Shown here: in pieces, positions 14,115 through 26,699 of the stretch
Layout: every line of letters starts with the position of its first letter
Numbering within the stretch: position 1 is the stretch's first letter
Assembly: GCA_964016885.1 (NCBI GenBank)
Contig: OZ024745.1
Coordinates: 59,148,001 to 59,212,000, forward strand
Source of the DNA: Eledone cirrhosa
Taxonomy: Eukaryota
Direction: 5' to 3'
DNA length: 64,000 bases
Translations under genes and position numbers: made by a program
Notes under the pieces: generated by a model
The model's input: the letters and a program-made list of their open reading frames with translations, nothing else
Database searches by the model: none
What the model was told of the DNA's origin: nothing

Positions 14115-14570
14115 CAGTAGATTGGTGGTATTGGTAGTGCGTTGGACAACATATTGTTACATCCCTTTATATTTTGAATTCAAATCCTGCCAAGGTTAGC
14201 TTTGCCTTTCATCCTTACGAGGTCGATAAAATAAAGTACCAGTAATGCACTGGGGTTGATTTAATCGACTTTCCCCTCCCCAAAAATTGTTGGTCTTGTG
14301 CCTAAATCAGAAACCATGATTATTATTGTTGTTAGTGTTGTTGTTTTAAGGGCTGTGGTTTAGCAGAATCTTTAAAGCATCAAACAAAATGCTTGGCAGT
14401 ATTTGTTCTGGTTCTTTGTTTTGAGTTCAAATCCCACCGAGATAAATTTGTCTCTCATCCTTCGGGTTCAATAAAATTAAATACCTGTCAAAAACTGGAA
14501 TCTATTTAATTGACTACCCCACCGCACCTCCAAAATTTTTCTGACCTTGTGCCTAAATTAGGAAACATTA
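14115..14570 (+). mobile_element. Two tandem tRNA-derived SINE copies
   Basis: B-box-like TTCAAATCC, central GCCTTTCATCC...GATAAAATAAAGTACC and tail CTTGTGCCTAAAT.AGAAAC at 14115-14325 and 14350-14570. Confidence 0.8.
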
Positions 14571-14576
14571 TCTCCT

Positions 14577-14960
14577 CTCTCTTGTTCCAAAGCCAACCAA
14601 AGGTTCTTTCTTCTGCCTCCCCCATCATGTGAACTACAGCCTTCTCTCTTCCTGTCATTCCAATGGCAGTGAACATTCTCCATCTCAACTGGAAATAGCC
14701 ATGCCGCCTAACCTTTCTCCCTATGCTCCTGTGCCAGTTCTTGGTACCTGGCACTTTGTCACCCAAAGGCGTTGCTGACTTCTTCCCATGGGACTGAGTT
14801 CAATCAAGATTATTTTTTTTATCCTTTCAAACCAAAGTATTACCTCTGGCCTCAGGGATGTTTGAACAACCCAGGGGAACTGCAACCTACCTCCCAGCTC
14901 AGCCCTCATATCTCATGATTGGCCCATTTGTAGCCACATGTTGTTCTAACTGTGGTAGAA
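14577..14960 (-). mobile_element. HERO-like non-LTR retrotransposon, restriction-like endonuclease fragment
   Basis: Minus frames give LQFP...TSLRPEVILW...KKIILIEL and the C-terminal AEERTFGWLWNKREE, which resemble HERO-clade PD-(D/E)xK ends. Confidence 0.65.
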
Positions 14961-15321
14961 TATTTGTCTCCCTCTTTCACAAACCCAATTGATGATATCC
15001 GTCTCCTCTGTGTTTGGTATCTACTACCATTCCACCATAAAACAAATGTAATGTGGAATATATTTTTCAATTGACTGAGGCAAAGCAGAGTTACTTACCC
15101 TGTATTGTTCATTATAACAGGTCTCTTTTTTTTTATCAATACAGAAACCTCACTGATGAAATAATATGCATTAGTCTGGCTGGGCACTTTTTGTTGTGAA
15201 ACCTACATGACCACTTTACAGTGTGGGTTTGGCAGTTTATATATGTGTGTGTGTGTTTGGATGATATACACACCTGATGAAGCCTAAAGGAACTCTAAAT
15301 AGTTTTTAAAAGCCCTCCTAA

Positions 15322-15705
15322 AATAATTGTTTCTACTTTTGGCACAAGGCCAGCAATTATTTCAGCACATTACTGGTACTTTATTTTATCGCCCCCGTAA
15401 GGATGAAAGGCAAAGTTAACCTCGGCGGGATTTGAACTCAGAATGGCAAGGGCCGTAACTCTATGCGTCAAAGCATGGTGTCCGACCCTCTACCAATGCT
15501 GCCAATCCTCATAAAATAATTGTTTCTACTTTAGGCACAAGGCCAGCAAATTACCCAGTGCATTACTGGTACTTTATTTTATCGACCCCGTAAGGATGAA
15601 AGGCAAAGTCAACCTCGGCGGGATTTGAACTCAGATCGTAAAGGGACGTAACTATGCTGGAAAGCATGGCGTCCGACCCTCTACCGATACTGCCAATCCA
15701 CTGCC
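15322..15705 (-). mobile_element. Two near full-length tRNA-derived SINEs, head-to-tail
   Basis: Minus strand GGATTGGCAGTATCGGTAGAG (A box) and GAGTTCAAATCC (B box); CCTCATAAAATAAT is duplicated around the second copy. Confidence 0.88.
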
Positions 15706-15772
15706 CTCATAAAATAATGAATTACGGTAATAATAGTGATGTTTCTTCTAATAAAAACACACTCTTACTAAT

Positions 15773-16449
15773 CATCATCATCATCGTTTAACGTCCATCT
15801 TCCACGCATGGGTTTGGACGGGAGTTTTCCCACTTGAGGCAAGAGTGGTTGTCTTGTTCGCATAGGACTGTCTGGCGGGTTTTCTACGGCTGGATGCCCT
15901 TCCTAACACCAACCACATTTACAGTGTGGACTGGGAGGTTTTTACCGTGTTGCCTACACGGCCACATTACAGCGTGGACTGTGTGTTTTTTTGTCGTGAC
16001 ACCTACACGACCTCATTTGTTTTAGACGGGATGTTGTGGTACCAACATAACTTTACATTGAAAGGGGTGGGGTGGGGGTAGTGGGACGGGGGTGTATTTT
16101 TGTTAGAGGTGCCTACTGACTGTGGTAGGTTTCACTTTGTACTTAGGTAAGGCGGGTCTTCTGTATTACTGTGTAGCGCCAAAGATCTCGGTCCAGTGAC
16201 ATTGTCTTGGAGAGGTGTAAGTGTGTGAGGTCGGAATTTATCAAGTCGTCCCAGGTTTTTCTGGGTCTGCCTACTCCGTGGCTACCATCTATTTTTATTG
16301 CCCTGCACTTTTTTATACAGCTGTCGTCTTTCATGCGCATCACGTGACCGTTCCAACGTAGTCTTCTCTCGAGTAAACAACATCTGATTCCTCTTATTTC
16401 TAATTTTTCCCTTAGTTCGTTTATGCTTTGCCGTTCACGTATATTACTA
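15773..16449 (-). mobile_element. Short 5'-truncated copy of the same RTE
   Basis: Near-identical to 11205-11895; TTACTAAT at 15765-15772 and 16444-16451 is a probable TSD with 5' microhomology. Confidence 0.92.
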
Positions 16450-17972
16450 ATATAACCCATAAATACAGCTACATAGCTTTTATATTGTTTTATTGTAAGG
16501 CAAGGGCAAAGTGTTAATAAATTTATGATGAGTGTCAATCCAGGAGGCAGTAGAGGCACAGGAAGACCAAAAAGGACTTGGATGGAGAATGTCTGTTGGG
16601 ATCAAGCTAATTGATCCTAATTATAGCAGAGTACAAGTAAATACATATCAGCCTAGCTTATCTAAGAAATGATGGTGTGAAAATATATTCTTAATGAATA
16701 GTTGCATGGTTACCTTTGACTTTACATGAGTGACAAGCAAACGGATCAGAAATACACAACACCACTAGATTCTAGAACAATGGTTTATTTATATAATCTT
16801 GGTCAATGTAGAATGTAACTACTGGTATTTATAATAGCAATGCAACCTTATTTATTTATGTCTCAGTGAAGCATTAAGTAGGACGTGTATTTTGTGTTTT
16901 CCTGCATACACCAGAACATAATAGCATTAAAAACTAAATTTTTCCTCGTCCTGTTTAAGATTCACAAATGTTGATCTGTTATCTTCATTATATGGGAAAA
17001 TCCTAATTTTAGGAGTAAAAAACTTTGGGTTCGACTTTTACTAGAATAAATAGCTTTGGATTGCTTCCCTTTGGTAGGTCATCATTTTATATTAACTTTT
17101 ATTATATAAAATTTTGTTTCATTCAAAATATTTTTCTTATTTTAAATTTAAATTTAAATTTATAAAATACATATTAAGTATAGAAATCCACTAAATTTAG
17201 TTTAAAGATCTATTTTTGTTTACAGACATCTTAATATGTAAATGTATGTTTATAGAGTTTTGCTTCCTCTTTGGGTTGATTTAAACCTAGTGAGTGTGTG
17301 TATATATGTATGTGTGTCTATATATATATATGTGTGTGTGTGTGTGTGGAGATATCCACTTATTATTCCTGAGGAAGTGATGAAAATTAATTAATTAATC
17401 GAAATTATCGAGTATTGATTATATCTTGTCACTGAAACATACATAGAATAAATTAATGTTTTGATCCCTGTGAACTCTTTGATTCTCCTTTCAACACGTG
17501 TGTGCACGCACAAGGCCTCTGGTTAATAGGAAGTTGTTCATTTTTCATATTCGGGGAGTGGAATGACATTGACCGTGAAAGAAAAGTAGGTCACTATTTC
17601 AAATCAATATGGATATTGATTGGAAATAACTACTATAAAGAAAACAGCAACTTTGTTTTAAAACTAGGTTAGAGATTCAGATTAGTGAGATGTGACAACT
17701 TTGACCATCAGCTATATATAACAATATAGATAAAAATAAAAAAAAGAATAAATGCTTACATTTCTTTATTTTACCAAGAACTAACATGTTTTGGTATTAA
17801 TTAACTTAGTGATTTGATAAGAACATTGTTCTACATTATATAGCTATATCTAGATAATAGAAGCAACAATATAATTGGTTTGTTGGTTGGTTTGTTGGTT
17901 TATTTCTTGTTGGTTATTTTTTATATTTTGTTGTTGTTTGTATGTACTGATTTATTTCAATTTCTGTTTCAG

Positions 17973-18043
17973 CCTGCAACGAGATGAATGCCACGGAGAA
18001 CAAAAGTGAAGATAAATGTATCACTACAAACATATCCAGCTGA
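17973..18043 (+). CDS. KXD1: Probable KXD1 terminal coding exon
   Basis: Strong polypyrimidine acceptor tttctgtttcag|; phase fits (G+CC = Ala); translates ACNEMNATENKSEDKCITTNISS then TGA. The C-terminus is not conserved, so support comes from splice signal and phase only. Confidence 0.7.
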
Positions 18044-18169
18044 ATATCAGAATTAAATGACAGTCTTCAGCTCCCTCCAAATTAACTAAAGTATCAGTTT
18101 ATAGTCTAATATATAAAGCAACTGTGATGTTCTGAATATACAACCTATGTCTTAAATTGAAGTGTTTAG

Positions 18170-18800
18170 TTTGAAGTAATTTCTGTATAAATTGTAGCGT
18201 TTAACTTATAGTAACTTCTGTCTAAATTGTAATGTCTAATTTACAGTAACTTATGTCTTAAATTATAATGTTTAGATTACACTAACTTATGTCTTAAATT
18301 ATAGGGATTTCTGTCTGAAATTATAGTATTTAACTTACAGTAACTTATGTCTTAAATTATAATGTTTAGATTACACTAACTTATGTCTTAAATTATAGGG
18401 ATTTCTGTCTGAAATTATAGTATTTAACTTACAGTAACTTATGTCTTAAATTATAGTGTTTAACTTACAGTAACTTCTGTCTTAAACTGTGATTAACTTA
18501 GAGTAACTTCTGTCTAAATTGTAATGTTTAGCTTACAGTAACTTATGTCTAAAATTGTTGTGATTAACTTACAGTAACTTCTGTCTTAAATTGTAATGTT
18601 TAGATTACAGTAACTGCTGTCTAAAGTTTAGTGTTTAACTTACAGTAACTTATGTCTTAAATGATAGTGTTTAACTTAGAGTAACTTATGTCTTAAATTA
18701 TAGTGTTTAACTTACAGTAACTTCTGTCTTAAATTGTAATGTTTAGATTACATTAACTTATGTCTAAAATTGTTGTGATTAACTTACTGTAACTTATGTC
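18170..18800. repeat. Degenerate minisatellite of about 35-36 bp in the predicted KXD1 3' UTR
   Basis: Repeating AACTTACAGTAACTTATGTCTTAAATTATAGTGTTT with variants. Confidence 0.9.
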
Positions 18801-19164
18801 CTGATATCTAATAATTATTTCCCCTTTCCTAACTGCTGGGAAAACGGACATTAAACGATGATGTGTGGTTTAGTGATCATTAAATTAGATTAAGAAAAAA
18901 ATGTAAACACGAGATTTGTTTGAAATGAATTTTATAAGAATAATGTTTAGTTTGAAATTAAGCCAAAATAATTTTATTTTGCTCAAAAATTTTAAAAGGA
19001 AGTTGCTTTAAACATAGAAATTGACCATATGTACACCAATTAAAAATATGGTGATATTGAAATAATGAAAAGTTGAAGACTGTGTATAATGGATCTAAAA
19101 CATAGATAACAGACAATAGTCACTTCGAATGTAATTAATAATACTGATGAAAGAAAGGTTGGGG

Positions 19165-19370
19165 ATGGGCAGAATTGGTAGAGCATCTGATAAAATGCCA
19201 TTGTTTTGGCTCCTTACCTTCTGAGTTCAAATCCCACTGAGGTCAACTTTGCCTTTCATTCTTCCAGGGGTGATAAAATAAAATACCAGTTAAGTATTGG
19301 GGTTGATTTAATCAACTTTGCACTTCCCCTTAAAATTACTGACCTTGTGCCTCAATTAGAAATCAATATT
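19165..19370 (+). mobile_element. tRNA-derived SINE
   Basis: GGCAGAATTGGTAGAG A box, GAGTTCAAATCC B box, shared central domain and tail. Confidence 0.8.
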
Positions 19371-20416
19371 TCTGGTGAAAAAAATTAAAAAATATAATTT
19401 GTAAAACGATTTTTACTGTATTTATCAAATATTTCACTTTTAGTTTTATTGAAATTTTTCTTTCAACTAAGCACTGGGTCAGATCTGTAAGTGAGAGGTG
19501 TTTAACCATTTCTGTTGATGCCTGTGTATTACTGGTACTTAGTTTATTTACTGCTGTGAGTTACAGAACTAAATTAGTTGGTATGGTGTAAACTCAGAAT
19601 GGAAATAGATCATCATCATCACCATTTTACAAATATTTTCCATGCTTACATGGGTTATATGAGTTGTCACACTCTGTGGCCAGACAGGTTGGTCAGACAA
19701 CTGTATCTTGCTCATATTTTCTATGGCTGGGTGCCCTTCTTAATTCCAACCATTTTGCAGCATTTACAGGTTTTCTTTTTCTCAAGGTACTACTGCTGCC
19801 ATTGTGACAGAGTAAACTGGGTGTTGTTTTTCATCACATCAACACTACCACTTTACAGATTAGGCTGGGTGAATTTTATCATGACAAAACATTTAGTCTG
19901 GTACTCCATCATTTCTACCAAGTCAATAAGTATTGAATTATTGTTTAAAGCCCCTGGCCCACTCTGATCCAGCAGACCTATGGTCAAAGGTATTTCTGCC
20001 ATGACTATCCCATCATTTTGTATATGGAATACTCACCCAGTGTATTTATCTTTATTTATTATGGCAGGGTAGTATTAAAGGGATATGTAGCTGCTGTATC
20101 TAGCATTGAGGGTTGACTATTCATAAATAATAAGATGTTGTGTAAGGGCTTTACTGTATCTACGCTGGATTATAATGTTTCTATGTTTAAATCTCACTGG
20201 AACCCCTTAATAAATTTACTGAAGAGCAGCATTTCCCTCATCAAATGGAACATGAAGAAGTTAATGAAAACCTAAACTGAAGAGCAAAATGTCTGTATTC
20301 AATCCTTCCAATTTTCTCCACCATACAGTATCTTTCACTATGGCAACCAGAGAAGGGAAAACTTCATCCCCTTCATAACCAAAGGAAGACAATGGAGCAA
20401 ACCTTACAATGAACTC

Positions 20417-21010
20417 AGCTGATAGCCAGATCTGGTGTAGATATAACAGGAGTTGATAGCCAGATCTGGCCTTGACATAACAACAGTTGATAGCCAGTTC
20501 TGGCCTTGACATAACAACAGTTGATAGCCAGTTCTGGCCTTGACATAACAACAGTTGATAGCCAGATCTGGCCTTGATATAACAACAGCTGATAGCCAGA
20601 TCTGGCCTTGATATAACAACAGCTGATAGCCAGATCTGGCCTTGACATAACAACAGCTGATAGCCAGATCTGGTCTTGATATAACAGCTGATAGCCAGAT
20701 CTGGCCTTGACATAACAACAGTTGATGGACAGATCTGGCCTTGATATAACAACAGCTGATAGCCAGATCTGGCCTCGATATAACAACAGCTGATAGTCAA
20801 ATCTGGCCTCGATATAACAACAGTTGATGGACAGATCTGGCCTCAATATAATGACAGGTGATAGCCAGATCATAACGATATAACAACAGCTGATAGATAT
20901 GACTTAGACATAACAACAGCTGATAGCCAGATCTGGCCTAGACATAACACTTGATGGCTAGATCTGGCCTAAACATAACAACAGGTGATAGCCAGATCTG
21001 GCCTTGACAT
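20417..21010. repeat. 34-bp minisatellite (about 17 copies) with an internal 12-bp palindrome
   Basis: Unit CAGCTGATAGCCAGATCTGGCCTTGACATAACAA; period 34 (20521 to 20555); GCCAGATCTGGC is self-complementary. Confidence 0.93.
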
Positions 21011-21119
21011 CAGTAGAGCCATGCCATGGAGGTGACACATTCACCAATGACCGTATGTTGACCAGATATATGACCTTGTTTTTATAATTCCACATTGTAG
21101 TTATTCCTCCTCCACTTAA

Positions 21120-21336
21120 CCTTTCTAATGAAAGACACTGCTTATGCTTTTAAAATAATTTTGAAACTAACAATTTGAAGGGATTTGCTAATATAGTTAA
21201 CCTTCTTATTATTAAGGTGATGTTTGATGAATAGTTTAATAAAGATTCTTTATATAAAATTATGGTTGGAGATTTTTAGATAAATAGAAACATTTTAAAA
21301 CAAAGACTGGTTTCAGGCAGTTTGGTTTTAAAAAGG
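21120..21336. mobile_element. Degenerate piggyBac-like MITE (second family)
   Basis: TTAA-CCTTT ... AAAGG-TTAA ends; related pieces at about 1810-2026, 2140-2340 and 7780-7893. Confidence 0.55.
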
Positions 21337-22258
21337 TTAAATAAAGGCATAAACATTACACATTCCATTTCAGCCTCCTAATTCTTTAGAGGCCTTGCAC
21401 ATATGTAAGTTATATTTATATAACATATCATCATCATCATCGTTTAGCATCCATTTTTCCCTGCTAACAAGAGTAGGGTGTGTCGTCACAAACCAGTCTG
21501 TGTTCAAGGGGAGCTACTGACCTCTAGATGGGCCTGGAGCCTGACATACAATCCTGTGCTCTGCTGGGTGCTTTTTATCATGGCACTAACACTAGGGAAG
21601 TTGTCATGTCCTTGACTCAGCTGAAAAGACTTTCCAACCCTTTGGCAGGTTTTCTACAGCTGGATACCCTTCCTTCCACCAATCATTTTACAGGGTGTAC
21701 TGAGTGCATTTATCATGTAGATCACCAACACTAGGGAAGTTGTCATGTCTATGACACAGTTGAAAGGTCCTTCCAACTGTTTGTTCAGGAGGTTTTCTAT
21801 GACTGGATACCCTTCCTTTCACCAACCCCTTTGTGTACTGGGTGTATTTAGTGGTTAGTGATAGGAAGAGCATTCAGTTGTAGAAAATTGTGTCATGGGT
21901 TGGCATGCAAAATAGAGCAAGAGCAAAATACCAACAAGAAGAATTTACACTGTTGATTTAGCTGCAAGTTGAAGCTCTTTCATTTGACTTTCATTGAGAA
22001 AAGTATGAACTGAACACTATACTATTCTATTTCCACCATCTCTATAAATGTTAAATGTTTTATACCTGTCTAAACAAATTATTTATCTTATACAGGTATT
22101 TGTTTTGTTTTTTTTCTTCTCCTTTGAATATGTATTGCAATATCTAATGTCTCTCTCTCTCTCTCTTATATATATATATAATATATATATATATATATAC
22201 ACACACTCATACACATATACATATATAACATTAATGAAAATAATTCTGTAAATTATGC

Positions 22259-22264
22259 AATAAA
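22259..22264 (+). promoter_or_regulatory. Candidate distal polyadenylation signal for KXD1
   Basis: AATAAA followed within about 15-40 nt by a T/GT-rich tract (ttttactttccattgtgttattgtgctgg); more proximal AATAAA hexamers also exist (about 19276, 20209, 21238). Confidence 0.35.
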
Positions 22265-22454
22265 ACATTTGCTTTTACTTTCCATTGTGTTATTGTGCTG
22301 GTGAGTATTATGTGGAAGTAGTAAGTATTTTGTAAACTAATTCTTATGACTTGGGTTCAATTTCTGGTTGTAGTTATTTTTCATTCAGTTCATTAATGCC
22401 TTTTGTTAATGGGTTGAACATCACAAGTATTTCCCTGACCTTGATGTCAATAAT

Positions 22455-22628
22455 TGTTTCTACTTTTGGCACAAAGCCAGCAATTACCCAGTGCATTACT
22501 GGTACTTTATTCTATCGACCCCGGATGGATGAAAGGCAAAGTTAACCTCGGCAGGATTTGAACTCAGATCATACAGGGATGCTTCAAAGCATGGCATCCG
22601 ACCCTCTACCGATACTGCCAATCCACCG
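22455..22628 (-). mobile_element. Full-length tRNA-derived SINE with TSD
   Basis: ACCTTGATGTCAATAAT at 22438-22454 and 22629-22645; A and B boxes on the minus strand. Confidence 0.9.
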
Positions 22629-23299
22629 ACCTTGATGTCAATAATGCAGGCTGGTTAGTGTGAATAACTAAATCTCTATTGAAAATCAATGATAAATAAT
22701 TTCATTGTAAGAAAGAAAATAAAGGGAGGGAGGGATGGGGATAGACTCTACACCAAAGGTATATCTCAGCTGCACCCTGCAGACAGGGTGACAAAAGCAT
22801 TGCTGTGGGGAACAGTTAATATCATCTGCTACATCAGCCAACCCATCTTCATGGGGCTTCTTCGTCAGATGGGATGCATTCTTCCAATTTTACAGATGAA
22901 GATAGCAGTTCAGGGATCGAGGACATCAGATGGTTTGACGGCAACTGGCAGGCACAAAAAGGTTGATAACTTGCTTACTGAATACATCTGATAAGGGAAG
23001 TCAAAGTGAATACTATTTATTGCACTAGTGTATGAAATAAACAAATACAGATGTGGTGGTACCATGAGAAAACAAATTCAGAAAAGTGAAGTGGTTTGTG
23101 TTAGGCTGACTAGCCATAGAAACCATGCCAAAATGAAACATGAGCAATAAAACAGTCATTTGACCGCTATCATGGATGCGTCGGGGTTCTCTCTTTACAG
23201 AGGGGCATACTTGCAAGGTGTATATGGGATGTATCTTGGAGCAATGACTAACCTCTCAAAGGCTGAAGTCACAAAGTAATTAAAGAGCTCAAATATGGC

Positions 23300-23950
23300 A
23301 AGGCCACTGGGGAGGATGAAGTTTGACCTGAGATGTTAAAAGGCTTAAATAGAGAAGGTATTCTCTGGTTGACGTGTGTGCAGGGTGGCCTGGATCTCTG
23401 GAAAGGCAACAAAGCAATGGCAATTGGGAGTGATAATCCTGATTTTTAAAAAGGGAAATGAGAGATTCCTTGTTAAGCCTCCCCAATAAAGCCTATGCTA
23501 AGTGTCTGGCAAAGAGATATATGGATATTGTCGAGTCCAAGCTAGCTGACGAACAGTGTGGTTTTCACCCATATGCAGCACAGCCAACCAAATATTTACA
23601 CTGTGGCAGGACTTTGAGAAATTACTGGAGTATTGTCAAGAGGTGTAGGCTTGTTTCGTAGAACTAGGGATAAAGCATACAAATACGTTTCTAGGGACCT
23701 GTTGTTGAAGATTCTGCAGGAGTATTAGATCAATGGACAGCTTCTTGTTACTCTGATATCTCTAAACGAATGCCCGAGTATTTGTGTTCAGATAAATGTT
23801 GCTAAGCTGAACCATTCAATGCGTGTCAGATTCTGCCGAGAGTGCATATCATGTCTCCTGTTGATAATCTTCATGAGCAGGATCAACATGTGTAGCCAGG
23901 TTGGAAGTGATATTACAAATGGCAAGTGTAACATCAGTTGACTGTTAAAA
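23300..23950 (+). mobile_element. Degenerate RTE-clade RT fragment
   Basis: WQLGVIILIFKKG, SLLSLPNKAYAK, EQCGF and downstream RT remnants. Confidence 0.75.
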
Positions 23951-24289
23951 TCAACTGAGAAAACAAGAATCTATTTATTTATCTATTTTTAATGAATTCA
24001 TTATCTAATGAATTCATGTGAACCCATCAAAATTCAGTTTTCTGTTTGGTAATGAACTCCTACAAAACACGAGTATTGTTTTCTCTTTGTTCTTGTCAAT
24101 AGTCGTTCCAGCACTCTTCTGACGAAAACAAACATTCCAGGTTAATATATTCATGACATGTTAAATTCATATGCTAGGAATATTAGAAGCTCATTAAAAA
24201 AAAATTTTTTTTTCGTTAATCGGATAACGGATTTCATATGTATGTGTTTTTTATATCAATTTATTTGCTTGTGCTTTTCTGTCAGTTTG

Positions 24290-24591
24290 TCAGCTTCGTT
24301 ATAAATAAGGACAGCTATGATAGCTTCGTTATAAATAAGGACGGCTATGATAGCTTCGTTATAAATAAGGACAGCTACGACACTTTTGTTATAAACCAGG
24401 ACAACCACAACAGCTTCGTTGTAAATCAGGACAGCTTCAACAACTTGGTTATAAATAAGGACGGCTACGACAGCTTCGTTATAAATCAGGACAACTACGT
24501 TATAAATAAGGATAGATTAGTTATAAATCAGGACAGCTACGATAGCTTCGTTATAAATCAGGACAGCCACAACAGCTTCGTTATAAATCAG
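24290..24591. repeat. 30-bp minisatellite (about 10 copies)
   Basis: Unit CAGCTTCGTTATAAATAAGGACAGCTATGA; the in-frame period explains ORF 24238-24594. Confidence 0.9.
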
Positions 24592-24689
24592 TAGTACGGA
24601 ACTGTAGAACATCTGCTCTGAGATGGTGGCTTTGATGAGAGGGGGAGGGGTCTGTTTCAGAAAACAAAAATACAAAAAGAAAGAAAGAA

Positions 24690-25279
24690 TCTATATATAT
24701 AAAGTTGTAGTTCCTGCCTGTTTGTTTGTTCACGAACTCCTCCTATGGTTTTTGGAGATAGACCCCCATAACCATATATGAAACTACATTGCCCAGGGTA
24801 CTTGGATAAGTATATTTCATTTTAATCAAAGGGTTCCCCGTGGGCACAAACACGATTTATATGAAATTTAAACCATAGGTAAATGATAAGATATGATGCC
24901 TATTCACAAAATTTCAGCAAATTTCAATAATATTAAGACACCCTAATGGGGGTTAAACCCCCTATAGTGAACATTTTGGAAGCCCAAAACTTGAGTATTG
25001 GAACCTCTTTTATCGCAGGGTTTTTTCTATTAATTAAAGGTAAATTAACAAAACAAGCACCTCTCTTTTATAGTAAAATTTGGCTAATTTAGACATTTTA
25101 TCTATGGCAAAACATCACTAGAATTATAACAACAAAAATTATTAGTTAATGCTTCTACTTTTTTAACATTTTCCCTTTATTTTTTCTCCATAAATTATAT
25201 CACTGATTTAAAATCAATCATCATTTTCTTACAAAAAAAGAATGTGTGAAACTCAGCAAGGCGCGGTTGATTCGGGTAG
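24690..25279 (+). mobile_element. Degenerate non-autonomous Helitron
   Basis: A|TC start followed by TATATATATAAAG...CTGTTTGTTTG; ends with a decayed GC-rich hairpin and GTAG|T (a CTAG variant). Confidence 0.5.
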
Positions 25280-25392
25280 TATAATATAAAATATTCATAA
25301 AAATGACAAAAACAAAGGAATAAACATAATGGAAATTTCTATGGTCTTCATAAATATTTATTTCTCCATCTAGATCTATGTGAAATTCTGTT

Positions 25393-25472
<80 letters not shown>

Positions 25473-25479
25473 ATATATT

Positions 25480-25578
<99 letters not shown>

Positions 25579-25904
25579 CATATCTATAGTACTTATACAA
25601 AGGAATTTTGTTTGTACGTTGGCCACTAATAACAAAATAAAATTGATAATGAATAAGATTTTGCGTGTGTTTTCAACTAATCTGACCTCCGACATGCTCG
25701 CCATCGACTTTTTCTCCGAAAACGGCATTAGGGAAGGAGGAGAGATTTTACTGCTCTTTCTAGCACAGTGACTCTGTGGCAGGTACTCTTGCTGGTTTAT
25801 GCATTCATATAATTTCTCTCTATCTCACTTAATGTCTCCCTACCTATCTATCTCCCTCTATGTCTCTCTATCTCTCTGTTTGTATGTGTCTTTCTCAATA
25901 TATC

Positions 25905-25962
<58 letters not shown>

Positions 25963-26057
25963 GTGTGTCCCTCTCTATGTCTCTCTCACTATCACTTTTT
26001 CTCTCTATCTCTCTCGCACTCTCTCTTTCTCTCTCTCTCTCTATATATATATATGTT

Positions 26058-26283
26058 TTGCAAGAGATGTCAACATAAATGGACCTGTTATTTTTATCTA
26101 AAGACATTTTTTCCAATTCCACCCCGCCCGTCCACTCAATCTATCTTATTTCTCATGCTTTCTTCTGATGAACGACTAGCTTCCGAAACGTTAAGACCCT
26201 CTTCCTGCTATATCAAGCGTTAACCTAATATATCCCTTCCATATACCGTACCGATTGTGTTGTTATTTCTGTTTACCTTTTAC
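26058..26283 (+). mobile_element. Penelope-like pLTR-derived non-coding element in (TA)n with a minimal hammerhead motif
   Basis: Flanked by TA microsatellite; highly similar inverted copy at 30295-30521; contains TCTT-CTGATGA-...-GAAAC-GTT-AAGA. Confidence 0.6.
26161..26196 (+). ncRNA. Minimal type I hammerhead ribozyme-like motif
   Basis: Stem I TCTT/AAGA, core CTGATGA and GAAA, palindromic AACGTT in place of stem III; stem II carries a mismatch in this copy but is GGA/TCC in the 30383-30418 copy. Confidence 0.55.
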
Positions 26284-26314
<31 letters not shown>

Positions 26315-26699
26315 AATCCATAAATGAAAGATATTGGTTTCTGATTTAGGCACAAGGCCAACAATTTTGAGGGAGGGGAAAATCGATTAAATCGACTTCA
26401 GTACGTTACTGGTGCTTTATTTTATCAACCCTGTAAAGATGAAAGCAAAGCCAACATCGGCAGGATTTGAACACAGATCGCAAAGAGTCGTAACTCTATG
26501 CCATAAACCATGTTGTCCGACGCTTTAACGATACTACCAATCCAACACCCTTTGCAGTCTGATATTAAATATCTGCTCTACTGTATTCCTTTTTGGTTTG
26601 AATCCTGTCTGTTTTTCTGCAAAAATTTTTCTCTTAGCAGTATGTTTGTCAGAAAATGTGGATTGAAATCCACATTTTCTGACAAACAACGGTCAGTGC

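Noticed and set aside
13933-14199. 88-aa ORF beginning MYPEAFSG
   Set aside because: Only the first residues are the KXD1 exon; the rest is intron read-through into a retroelement scrap (CQFC..H) and a SINE.
15274-15300. Other CTGATGA occurrences (about 15153, 15275, 19144, 53755, 61827 minus) as hammerheads
   Set aside because: They lack a properly spaced GAAA or pairable stems, or they are SINE variants.
20417-21010. CRISPR-like array of palindromic 34-bp repeats
   Set aside because: The units are contiguous with no unique spacers, there are no cas genes, and the context is eukaryotic; it is a minisatellite.
24238-24594. 118-aa ORF with a hydrophobic start and SFVINKD repeats, resembling a secreted repeat protein
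   Set aside because: The 30-bp period keeps the frame open and the hydrophobic start comes from T-rich sequence; there is no independent gene evidence, though RNA-seq could overturn this.
25546-25760. Possible first exon of a minus-strand gene (MASMSE..., small CpG patch)
   Set aside because: No recognisable protein, no convincing donor site or downstream exon; the ORF ends in a TA repeat.
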